Source: Geosiphon pyriformis uo1 (taxonomy: Eukaryota > Fungi > Glomeromycota). Taken from it: 64,000 bases of DNA. Made by a program: the position numbers and the translations under genes. This document shows positions 26,935 through 39,400 of the stretch, piece after piece (positions within the stretch are counted from its first letter, which is position 1; each line of letters opens with the position of its first letter). The stretch is taken from contig JAAOMT010000198.1 in the NCBI GenBank assembly GCA_016748015.1, positions 294,797-358,796 on the forward strand, in the 5' to 3' direction. The notes under the pieces were generated by a model. It was not told the DNA's origin, ran no database searches, and was given only the letters and a program-made list of their open reading frames with translations.

Positions 26935-28486
26935 ATGGGGCTATTTACCCAGGATCACCAAAAAGCGTTTTCTTCCGTAAACTGGATCATTTTGAATACT
27001 GTCAATGAAAAAAGTTCAAACTTAACTAATTCGGGGTCTGAAAGAACCCCAGCTTATATTCAATATTTCGTCAAAGCAATATTTGCTCAAGACAGATACT
27101 TTTGCTTAATAACTGACTTACGATATGTCTGGTTTGAGGAATTGGTAGGAGATGAGATCATTCAACGGTGTCAAGTATGTTACAAAATTCTATTATTTTA
27201 AGTTGTTTGATATATCGCAGAAGATAATAAGTCATGACATCATATATTGAACAGGAAACTGAATCTGGTCTAGATATCCAAGATTTGGCTACAGTGCTTA
27301 CTTCCCTATCAGGTTTTCTGAAGAGTGTTCTTAATATCAAGCATGTAGTGCGAAGAAAAAATGATGACGTAAATGCACTGTGTTCGGCTACAATTGATTA
27401 TTTGACTAATCTTCTTGTGCAAGTTTCTCATATTTAAAATTATTTTCTGGCAAATAGCTAACACTTCACTCAACGCGATATCTCAGTTGGGGTGAATTAT
27501 ATTGGAAATTCCAGTGTCGATTAATTCCTATAAAGGGTATCTTTGATGATGGCGATGAAGAGGATTACTTAGATGGCGCGTCAATATTATACAACCATTT
27601 TATTTTACCAAACCGAATTTTGGTGGCTGCGTTCAGTGAACAAATCAAAGTGTTGAATAATAAGCTGGAAGAGAGCGAAGAAGAATTGAAGGAATCGACA
27701 CGTCAAATCGAATTTTTGAAGGCACAAAAAAATGATGGCAAAGCCGAAAAAAGCTTAAATTCCAGTATGCATTATTTCGATCTATTGGATATTATTTTCT
27801 ATCATATAAGATTTTCATTTTAATTTTATTAAAAGAAAAAAAGAAGCAACCTCAATTTAATACTTTTACGGAAATTGAAAGGGTGAGTTAAGCTCTTTTC
27901 AGAATTTTAAGTAAGGAAAAAATAACCAATATTCTGTTAACCTAGAGAATACAAAACCTGGATATCTTGAAAGGAGGAGATATTTCAGATGAGCTTTATG
28001 TGTCAACGTTATTCGTTAAGGCAACCCAACGCGTAGTCGAAGAAGTTGTAACTCACCAGCAAATCAATAGGAAAATTTCTCTTAAATCTGAAATTGTCCA
28101 TCCTCCTTTAAAGACGGATAATGAACCGTCTAATTTTGGAGAGGAGTCTTCATTCGTCGATAACATTTCAGAAAACCATAAGGAATCTTTGAACATGTTA
28201 CCAACTTTACCAGAAAACAATGCTTCATCGCATGCGGATTATTCTCTTCCTAACTCGACATCACCCATTTATAATAGTACAACCTCTTCGGAAAAACCAA
28301 CGATACAACTGGTAAGATCTAAAAAGTGTACAAATTAATTTCATCAGACTTCACAAAATCATTTAACTTGATCATTAGTTAGAAGAAAACGCCACTGCAG
28401 CGAAAACAAGTGAAAAGGAAAGGCGCCAATTTTTGGAAAATATTAAAGAGGGTCCTTCAAAAAAGCGAAGAAAGAAAAAACTTTGA
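26935..28486 (+). CDS. XLF/Cernunnos/Nej1-like NHEJ factor (multi-exon)
   Basis: Head domain YFCLITDLRYVWFEELVGDEIIQRCQ-ETESGL. LYWKFQC...LYNHFILP is followed by a coiled coil (XLF has FYWNFHC...VSQHLIRP). A Ser/Asn-rich tail ends in the basic terminus GPSKKRRKKKL* (TGA 28484-28486). Confidence 0.78.
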
Positions 28487-28589
28487 AAAAAATGGAGCCA
28501 TTTCGATAGCTTGCTTTTCAACAGACTATTCAAACCAGTGAATCAATTATAGGAGAGCATAATCTCCCTTATTTTTAGCAATTCTGCTC

Positions 28590-30168
28590 TTATTGGTGGA
28601 ATCGGAAGTTTTTTTTTTGTTTTTGAACTTTTCTTAACATCTTTTGGACTCGTTCTGCGCGTAATTCATTTCTAATTTTTTCGTCAGCTAGATAACCTCT
28701 ATTCTCAGGATCTGAATAGTAAACTGAAAAATTGCAAAGTTAGGGTTAATAAGATATAAATAGACATATTTCAGAGAAGTTTGAATTTTATAATAGTGGA
28801 AACTCACTGATATCCCTTTTTTTCATTGGGCGCCCAAACCTTGGTATTCTCCAAAATTTCTCGGGGTAAAGGGTAGCTCTGAGTGAAAGGGGAGTATAAT
28901 ATCGGCAAGTGATATGTCCGCCCACACCCTCAATAGCTGCTATAGATTTCCTATCGGCTGCTGCAACTTCTATAGTAATTGGTGTTTTCAAGTATTCGGA
29001 ACCCTAATTATTTTAAAGAAATTATCAAATATTGCACCTCCCAAAGATAAAGGCGTTTTGGAATTTATATTTACGATGCCAGTAATTTTGACGCCATCCT
29101 TTTTTACCCCATGAACACAACGCGTGTCTAGAAGGTCTTTCATGCTAACTGCTCGGTTTGGATCAATTCTCCCCCGATCAATCCAATACTGAAGACGGTC
29201 AAGTGGTAACAGTGTGAACTTCTTTATAGAGCTTGATCAGAAATTTTTACAAAAAATAAGCTAGATAATCACATAGGCAAAAAGATTATGATCAAATAAG
29301 ATTATTCTAAAATTACGCACGGATCATGAGCCATTTTCGGAAACGCCTTGTGAAGAGGGGTTTGCCCACCCTCAAAACCACGTCTTGGTTTCGAATTTCC
29401 ACTGCGAGACTTTTGACCTCCGCTACCACGTCCACATTTCTTGCCTCGGCCAGAGCTTGCCCCACGACCTAAGCGACGTTTCTGGATAANNNNNNNNNNN
29501 NNNNNNNNNGGTCTTTCATGCTAACTGCTCGGTTTGGATCAATTCTCCCCCGATCAATCCAATACTGAAGACGGTCAAGTGGTAACAGTGTGAACTTCTT
29601 TATAGAGCTTGATCAGAAATTTTTACAAAAAATAAGCTAGATAATCACATAGGCAAAAAGATTATGATCAAATAAGATTATTCTAAAATTACGCACGGAT
29701 CATGAGCCATTTTCGGAAACGCCTTGTGAAGAGGGGTTTGCCCACCCTCAAAACCACGTCTTGGTTTCGAATTTCCACTGCGAGACTTTTGACCTCCGCT
29801 ACCACGTCCACATTTCTTGCCTCGGCCAGAGCTTGCCCCACGACCTAAGCGACGTTTCTGGATAAGGTTGAAGAAGAAAAAAAGGGTCAGACAATTGTCT
29901 CAGTTGATTAAATTCTGCAGCATAGGCTATTGAATCAATTGAAGAAAATTCGGAAAAGATAAATTAACACCTCTTTGACAGCTTTCGGATTATCACTTAT
30001 AGTATTCAATGCAATTTTGCTGGCCACATAAAATCGTATACCAACGTTATAATCTTTTGGCAATAATTTGAGCGAGGGTATTACATTTGGCTGATTCCTT
30101 AAGTGATAAATTGGTGCATGAAAATTCTTAAGAGTAAAAGAGACGAGGGAAGAATGGAAACGAAACAT
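28590..30168 (-). CDS. Mitochondrial ribosomal protein uL15m (yeast MrpL10 / human MRPL15 family), multi-exon; two exons are artefactually duplicated at the gap
   Basis: Presequence-like [11 protein letters not shown]; [12 protein letters not shown]; [26 protein letters not shown]...GFEGGQTP; [14 protein letters not shown]; AIEGVGG; [11 protein letters not shown]; TAA at 28590-28592. Confidence 0.92.
29134..29865. other. Assembly gap (N 29490-29509) with exact 356-bp flanking duplication
   Basis: 29134-29489 is repeated at 29510-29865 with no differences seen. Confidence 0.92.
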
Positions 30169-30439
30169 CAAAGTTTAAAAGTTGCTCGGGGTTATCGTAG
30201 TGGATTAATAGCATAAATTAAATGATTGTAAATTGTGTTTGACACATTATAACATTATCCCAAAACTTAATTTGAAAAACAATTGTTTAAACCTAAAAAA
30301 ATTAAAATTATTAATTTAATAATATAATTATTTACGCATATTATATGAGAAGAGAGCAGAGAATAGCCCAAGAAATATTTTAATACTTTTTTCTATACCT
30401 ATTTTATTTCTTAAGCTATTTTTTCAATAAACCTTAATT

Positions 30440-33400
30440 TGGGAAACTAGAAAAAATAAGCAGCATTACTAAAGTTATGTCCAAAAAAAAAGAAGTATTG
30501 CTGAACATAAGTTTGAAAAGTTGAATAAAAAGATCTGTTTATAAAGAAGTTAATTGAAAAAGTTGTAATAACTAAAGCTAATATAAATGTGCTTTTAAAA
30601 AGCCTATAACTTGAAACAATAAAATATGTAGCTTTTATAATAAGTGTATTAGCTTTAATTATTGACTAAAAATTTTTTTGATAGTTTTATGAATTTGACT
30701 TTGAAAATCACCAAAACCAAGCATTTTATTAATAAAAAACTGATAAAACAGCTTAATTTTAATGGTATTAATATAAATAAAAATAGTTTTCTGCTTTTTT
30801 TTTGTATTATTAGAAAATCTTGTTTTTTTTTTAATGTTTAAAAATTATTTGCTTTAAACATTAACTTAATAATATTAAAATTTTTTTTTAAGAAAAATTA
30901 CATATAGTTAAAAAAAAATCATTAATGATTGGCTTTAAAAAAAAACTCTTTTTTTTATTGATTTTTTGATTATAATAAAAGTTAATAAAAGTTAAAAGAA
31001 TATTTTATTTCTTTTTTTTTATCTTGTTTTTTTGCAACTTATTTTTTTAATACATTTTTGTTTATAATAATAGATACAATAAGCTTTTTTATTAATAATT
31101 TAATTATAAACAAAGCTAAAATAAAAACTTATTTTAATATTAAAAAAAAATACACATATATATATATATTTAAAAATACCAAAAAAGATTAGAAAATTTG
31201 TTCTTAATACTAAAATTAATAATTTATTTGTTAGTTTTGATTATAAATATATTAAATTCTAATAGTGTTATAATGTTTAAATTATAAAATAAATATTAAA
31301 ATTAATAATATATTAAATATTAAAAATTTATAAAACTTTATTGTAAAAAAAACTTGTTATATTAATTTAAATAAATTATATAATTTTAAAACAATAAATA
31401 AAATAATTCTATAAAAAACTTGTATTTAAGTTTACAATTTAATAAAATTATTATTATTATTATTATTTTTTAATAATATAGATAATAATAAAGTTTTAAA
31501 GCTTTTTTTTAAGTTAAATAAATTAAAATTTTTAATTATTGTATTAATTAAAAAAAAAAATTTTAATTTAATTTAATTTTTTATTTTAAATATTAATATT
31601 TTGGTTATTAATAAAAAAAGTTTAAATAATAAACTAAAATTTATTAAAAAGTTTTTTTACTAAGTAAATAATTTTAAAAAAATAAAACTTTTTAAAAATT
31701 TCATAATATTATTTAATCAATATTTATTTTTAAATTGAATTTAGATAAACAAAAAATTTAATTATTAAAAATTTTTTTTTAGTAAATACTAATATAAAAA
31801 AAAAATTTATATAAATTAAAAAGTAATAATTAAGAAAATTTTAATTAATTTTTTGAAATTAGCTTTTACCAAATTTGGTAATTTTGTGTTAATTAAAATA
31901 CAGCTTATTAGATTATAATAAAAAATTATAATAAAATTTAAAAATAAAATAACTATAATTTTTAAATAATTAATTTTCATAAATAAAAATTTTGTACATA
32001 TAATTAAAATAAATATTAATAAATATTAATAAATTATTAAAAATTTTTATTAAACACTTGTATATTTTTTTAATAAATATTATTACTTATAATTTTTTTG
32101 ATTTTTCTGATCTTTTGGCTTTATATAATAAAAAAACTTGTATTATTATTTATAATTTGGTTTTTTATGTTTATATTAAATATGTTATTGTTTAATTTAA
32201 GATTAAAAACTTTGAATATAATATTATTATTTAATTTTAATTTTTAAAAATATTAATTTATCCTAAATTAATTTATTTATACCAAGTTATACTGTTTATA
32301 AACAGTTTAATTATATGTTTTTATGTATAATTTTAATAAAATTTTTAATAATTATATTATAAAAAGTATTATTATATATAATAAACAACAATTAATAAAT
32401 ATTTATATTAAAAAACAGATTTTTAATTTTTACTTAGTTTTTTTTTATAAAAAAACTTGAATTTAAATTGTTAATAATACTTAAACAAATTTTTTTTGGT
32501 GTTTTATTAAGTATTAATTTATTTTTAAATGTTAAATTTTTTTTGTTAATATATAATATTATTAAATTAAGATTTATTAATCTGAAATACAGTTTTATTA
32601 ACTTTATAAAACAAATTAATAAATTAACAAATAATTTTTTAATTTTATTTTGAATATAAGTTATTAATAACTTTTTTTTACAAAATTAAATAAATAATAT
32701 AATAATAAAAAAAAGATTAAATATAATTATTTACAACAAAATTGTAATAGTTTAAAATTTTTTACAATTTGAAAAGCTTAAAACTAATATTAAAAATCTG
32801 TTAAAATTAATTATAAATATTTTAATATAATTAAACAAAATTAATAATTTTTTAAATTTTGATAAATTTTTGTCTTAATAATCAATTATATTTAGAAAAT
32901 TGTAATTTATAATATTAGAAATATAAATATTTTTGTAAAATTAAATAATATAATCTCAATTATTACTAAAATTAAGTTGAAAAATAATGTTAAATTTTGA
33001 ATTAAAAACAAATTTAATAAAATATATGTGTTTATATTTAGATTAAATTTGGATTATTAAAGTTTTAATATTGTAATTATTATAAATAGTAATTTAATTA
33101 AACATATTTTTAAATTTTTAGAGATTCTAAAAAAACTTTTATTAATTTAATTATTATTTAAAACCAATTTTTTAATTTTAATTTTGGATTTGTATATTAA
33201 TATATTTTTTATTACAAAATTAAATCAAGTTTTTAATATTAATTTTTTTTATTAAAACAGTAAACTTTAATTTATTTGTGATAATAATTTTAATAAAAAT
33301 AATATTAAATATAATACTAATTTTAAAATATATTTTAATTTAAAATCTTATAACTTATTTATTAGCTGTTTTTATAATCAAAGTTTTAATTTAATATAAT

Positions 33401-34330
33401 TTTAAAAAAGCAAAAAAAATTATTAATTATATTTTTATTAATATATTTTTGTTTATTGTAATTATTAAACAATATATTTATAATATTTTTAAGTTTTTTA
33501 ATACTAATTATAATATTGTTTTAATTTTTGTTAATTTAAATAGGTTTTTAAATACTTATTTTATTATTGTATACAGACTTATTAATAAAAATTATTGAAA
33601 ATATAAATTAAAAAGTATTAATAAAACTAAGTACTCTATTTTATAGATGTCAAGTCTTATACTAAAATTTCTGTTTTTGTGAGCACTTCTGATTTTCTTC
33701 TTTTAAAAATACTTGTTTTTTTATATAGTTATTAATGATTCTTTGGTCTCCTTTTAATTGACTTTTTTGAAGTTTAATTTGATTAAGTTGACTATTTTAA
33801 TTGGATCTATTATTGGATCTATTATTGGATCTATTAGTTTTTTGATAATTGTATTTGAATAATTTGTTAAAGATGATTTTGTTTTAAGCAGTATTTTTAG
33901 TTTTAGAGTTAATAAACTTATAGTATATCTGAATGCTTTTAGCAAAATTGTTAGTAAGTTGAAAAAAAAGATAGTGTCTTTAAAAAAAATATATTACATG
34001 AATAATATTGATATGTTTAATAGTTCTATAGATTAAGTTGTTGTTAATAATAAGATATTTTCTAATTTAATGTCATTTTAGGTTTATAAATCTATTGAAA
34101 TTAGAACTAATTCTTTAAAGATAGTTAAATAACTGGTCAAATTAGTTTTTTGTAGTGTCACTTTGTTTGAAATAATTCAAAAAATGTCTTTTTTGAGTAA
34201 ATTTTTTTTTTTATATTAGCATAGTATAGCTTAAACTGTTTTGAATAACTGATTATATATAAAAAGTACATGAATTTTATTTAGTATTGAAATATTTGGT
34301 TTTTTTTTAACTTCTAAATAATAATTGAAT
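30440..34330 (+). pseudogene. Extremely decayed LINE relics (ORF1/APE remnants)
   Basis: atgtccaaaaaaaaa at ~30477 and KLFALNINL at ~30841 echo ORF1 (MSKKK, KSFALDINL) of the intact LINEs. ORF 32468 (QIFFGVLLSINLFLN) echoes APE (EKILGYLISVCLLFKN). Boundaries are approximate. Confidence 0.45.
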
Positions 34331-35602
34331 CATATTTATTAAACATTTAATAAAAAAAATAAAACCTAATAAAATGATTTTAAGCTTTTTTTTTTGTTAA
34401 AAACAATAATTAATAGCTAAAATTTTAAACTTATTTTATGCTTTTTAGCTTTTTTTAACTTTTAAATTAATTTTATAATAAATATAATTATTAAATTACT
34501 TTAAAAATTAAAACAACTAAAAAATATATTTTCAGTTTTTGTTTTTGTTTTTGCTTTATAAATAATTACCTTTTTTGTTATTTAAATTTAAGATTTAAAT
34601 AAATAATTAATTAATTAATAAACTTATTGTTAATTTTGTTTAACTATTGAAATTATTAATATAAACAATAAAAAAAATTTAATTTGAATTTTACATTAAT
34701 TAATTTTAATAACTATTTTATAATTAAAACAACAAAATTATAACATATTTATATGTTATTACTGTAGATTAATTAAACACTTTTTAAAAAATTACAATAA
34801 TTTTTTTTTGTTTTTACCAGTTTTTAAATACAATAACAATTAAAATAACAAAACTAATAATAATAGTATTTTTAATTAAAAATCTAATTATACTAATATA
34901 AATTTTTTTAAAAAAAATTTTTTAATTAAAATTAGTACTTATTAGTTTTAAATTAATAAATATATTTTCAAATAATAAGAATACAAATTAATCAAAAAAA
35001 ATTTTTTATATATATTTAATTTAACAAATAATAATTATAAAATAAATAAATTAATTATTAATTTATTTAATTTTACAAAAAAAAAGCTAAGATTATTTTT
35101 GGTTTAAACTTTAATAAATCAATAAAAGAATAGTACTCAATAAATAAACACATTTTTAGGAAATCATGACACATTTTTAAAAAGTAGTATAAAAAAAAAG
35201 TAAAAATATGTGAAATCTCATATAATACAAATTATATATATATAGTAAGAATATTAAAAACAGAAAAAAAAAACAATAATTAAAAACAAGTAATTATAAA
35301 ATATTTCTTTTTTCAAAAAATAATTTTTTATAATTTAAAATGAAATTATATTTATATCAATAAAAATACCTATTACTATCCAATTCATATTGTTATTATT
35401 TAATTAAAAAATATTAATTACTTTTATACTATCAACAACTTATGTTGATAAAATTTAATACTTAACTATATTGAACCAATAACTCTTAATTATAACTATT
35501 AACAAAATACTAATTTTTTATTTTTTTTCTTATTTTCTTTTATTTTTATTTTTTTATTATTTACTAATTAATTAAAAAAATTAAATGTTAAGTAATTAAT
35601 AT

Positions 35603-36307
35603 TGTTACAGGTTGGAGTAACAAGTTAACAGATAGCAAGGAAGAACAGGATTATAGAGTAATGAAAATAATCAAAAAGATTTCAACTCCAAAGAGCGAAT
35701 TAAATAAGTATGAATTCAATATACAAGATCAGTCTTATAAAATATCTCAGTTGCTATATTTTTCAAAAAATAACTGAAGAATTTGAAGGTAGAAAAATAG
35801 TTCATACTGTTAACAAATGATTACATACTGGTATAATTCTATGTTTTACATCAGTGCTTTTATAATTCAATATTAGGTATTAGATATACTCTTCAGTCAC
35901 ATTTTATTCAATAATCTTCAAATGTTGCAATTTACACATTTTAAGAAAAGAGTAAAGAATAACCAACAAGTAATTTTTTATCCCAAAATATTCAAATACT
36001 TGAAGATAGGAAAAAGAAAATTAGCAATAAGAGAAGAATTGAGATAAAGTTGTTAATTTATTTTATTTCTTTCTTTGATTTCTACATGTATTTCTACAGC
36101 TAAAAGATTTATTACTTATATAGCTATTAAAAGTGGTCAATAATCAAGTTAACAACTAGGTTAATGATCAGATCAATAATCAGGTCAACAGTTAGGTTAT
36201 TGATCAAATCAATAATCACTTTCTAAAAATAAAATGGCTAATTATATATAACATCAGTGGCTAATATATGTGATAATTAATAAGAAGTATAGGTTTCAAC
36301 CATAACA
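35603..36307 (-). mobile_element. Solo LTR related to the adjacent Gypsy LTRs, in opposite orientation
   Basis: TGTTAC...ATAACA termini. Its reverse complement matches both ends of 36463-37172 and 45569-46270. TSD atat at 35599-35602 and 36308-36311. Confidence 0.85.
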
Positions 36308-36462
36308 ATATTAAGGATAATCTGGTAAAAATTTCATAAAACAAAAATAGAAAACTTAAAAATAACTTATTAAAAGAACATAACTATCAGTTTAAACCAA
36401 TTACTATGCTGAAAAAAGAAATTAACAAAAAAAATTATTAATTAAATCTTTGTTTATTATAT

Positions 36463-39400
36463 TGTTATAATTGAAAACCATAGTTTTTATTAATTATTAC
36501 ATAATTAGCCATCCTATTTTTAGATAGTAATTAATAATTTGATTATTGACTTAATTATTGATCTAATTATTAATTTGATTATTAACTTGATCAATAACTT
36601 GATTATTAACTTAATTAATAATCTGGTTATTAATTATTTTTAATAGTTATATAAGCAATAAGTCTATTAGCTGTAAAAGAACATAATCAAAGTAACAAAA
36701 TAAAACTCATTATTAATTATTTCCTTTTATATTGCTTATTCTTTTTTTCTTATCTTCAAGTATCTAAAAATCTTAGAATAAAAAATTACTTGTTGGTATT
36801 TACATATCTTATCTTTTTTTTAATTTGTATTATTAGAATTAGTTTAAGAAGCAATTGTTTGTTTTTGTAATTTTTTAAATAAAAAAATAATTGAAAAGCA
36901 TAACAATATTTGTTATTAATTTTAAAAATTACTGAGTTAAGACATAAAATAATAACAGTAGTATTATTTTGTTAACAATTATAAATTATTCTTCTACTTT
37001 CAGATTCTTAAAAAAAATTCACAACTGTAATTTTTATAAGACTGATTACACATATTGAATCCTTATTTATTTAATTCATTTTTTTATTGTAATTCTTTTT
37101 TTAATTTATTTTATTATCCTATAATCTTGTTTTTTTTTGCTATTTATTAGCTTGTTACTCCAATTTGTAATATAAAAGTGGTGTTTTTTGTGAAGTTGTC
37201 AAAAATTTATTTTGTTCTTTATTGTATGAATAATTATTTATATCTGATACAATAATTAGAAAAATACTTTACAATACACAATAGAAATAATTTAGATTTT
37301 ATTAAACTCAATTTTCTGCTCTTTTGCTTGATCTGCTTTTCTGTTAAAGAACAATTTAGCAAACAATTTTAAGATTTTTGGAACTGGTTTTTGAACAAGT
37401 ATTTAGCTAAAATCTATATAGTCTATATAATCTATTTTTTTAATTAAGCTTACTTTAAAGAAACCTTTGGAAAAAAAATAATTACATTAATCAACTTTTA
37501 TATTTAACAATCTTTGACCAATAGTTTCTTGATTTTGAATATTTGAATTATCAAATTTACATTTGAATTGTTATCTATTAATTAATTAGAACTTCCTTTA
37601 AAACAAAAGAAAAAAGTTATTAAACCATTTCTGTTTTTGATCTTTTTTTAAGTAAATTAGACTATTCTACACAAACAGCTACCCCTAAACCAATAGCAGC
37701 TAATCTTATGCAAACAAATATTCTGACCACTCTTCAAAATATACAAATTGTTTTAGGGTAAAAAACAACATCACACTATTTTTATTTAGAAGCAATACAC
37801 AAAATCCAATTAAATAGTTAAATAATTTTGAAAGAACAATTATTGTCAATTAATATAATACTAAATACAAATTCCAAATTGTTGATGGCTCTCTTTAAGA
37901 CTCTTTTATTACTTGGTTCTTACAAAAAACTAATGCTAGTATTTACCAAAAAATTATTAAGTAAATACCAACAAATGCTGAAGAAAAAAACATCTTTTTT
38001 ACTATCTAGTTTGAAAACAAATTTAGAACTTCTATTTTAATCTCTAAATGATATATAGAATTAAAAAAAAACTTAAGATTCTGGTAAATTTGTAATTAAA
38101 TATGCTAAAACAATCAAAAAGTTCATTAAATAAATAAACTTTGGAAAAAACTAAACAAAAGAACAAAAAATTTATTCCTTTATAAAAAAATTAAAAATTA
38201 ATTTATCTTATATTCTTTGGCTTCTTTTGGCTTTAAAAAATAACTCCACTATAGATATGGCTATTAAACTTGCTTAAAGAATTAAAAATAACCAAAAGAT
38301 GTATTTAGAATCTATTTTTTTAGTTTTTGTTTCTGTTTTTGTCATGACTTCTGTTCTTTAAATAGCTGTTACTTTTTTTGCTGTCTAAACTCAAAATTCT
38401 AATAAACAATTAATAAATAAACTTACAGCCAATCTTGTCCAGTTACTAGAATTCTTAGCCCAAACAGTCAAAAAAACTCAATAATTCTAAAGATCTAAAT
38501 TTAAATTCTATTTTAATCAGTCTTAACAACTTTTTTATCAAAGACAACAAAATTGTGGCTTATTTATGTATTATTATTGTGAATTAACTGAACATTTCTC
38601 CAAAAATTACAACAAACTTCTTTTGTTTTTTTCAATTTTTAGAAACAATAATAACCAAAATAACAGATCTATTAACAATAATGTTTTTAATTAAAAACTT
38701 AATTATGTCAATATCAATTTTTTTGAAGAGAATTTTTTAGTTAAAATCACTATTTATTAGTCTTTAACTGATAAACACATTTCTAAAGAATAAAAGTCCA
38801 AGTCAATCAGAAGAAAACCCCTTTTATACTTTTAATCTAACTAATAAAAATCATAATATAAATAAACTGATTATTAACTTCTGTAAATTTATAAGAAAAA
38901 AGAAAAAAGCTAAGATTAATTTTGTTCTAAATTTTAACAAAGTTTCAACTTCTATTGTTAATAATAATGAACCACCAAAAACCAAAGTTTTTAAGAATTC
39001 TCCAAAGTTAAAATCTCCAAAGATAGTACAAAAATCTGGCTTCTATTTTATTGTTAAAAATCTTATAGAAACTTCAGTTCACATTATTTTTGGCCAGTTA
39101 ATAACTTATCCACAGATTAGAAAAAATCTCTACAAATTATTAATTTCAAAGAAAAAGACACCAAAAACTAACAAGTATTCTTACTAAGCTGAACTTATTA
39201 ACAATAGTAATATTACTCTTCTAATTTGCAAAGCCTAAATAGTTGGTTATTTTATTAACTTGATTTTAAACAGTAAATTATTTGTATGTGTTATTACTAA
39301 ACACTTTTTAAAAACCATTGGTAGAAAGAGATAAATTTTTTACCAGACTTATAACTAATATACATAGTAATAAAAAGAAAAATTTTGGTATTGCCAAAGC

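Noticed and set aside
29134-29865. Apparent exon duplication in uL15m
   Set aside because: The copies are identical and sit on either side of an N-gap, indicating an unmerged contig overlap.
33801-33837. (ttggatctatta)x3 micro-repeat
   Set aside because: Local slippage inside a LINE relic, with no evidence of function.
35603-37172. A single TIR/foldback element
   Set aside because: Each arm has its own TG..CA ends, the left arm has its own TSD, and the right arm pairs with the LTR at 45569-46270.
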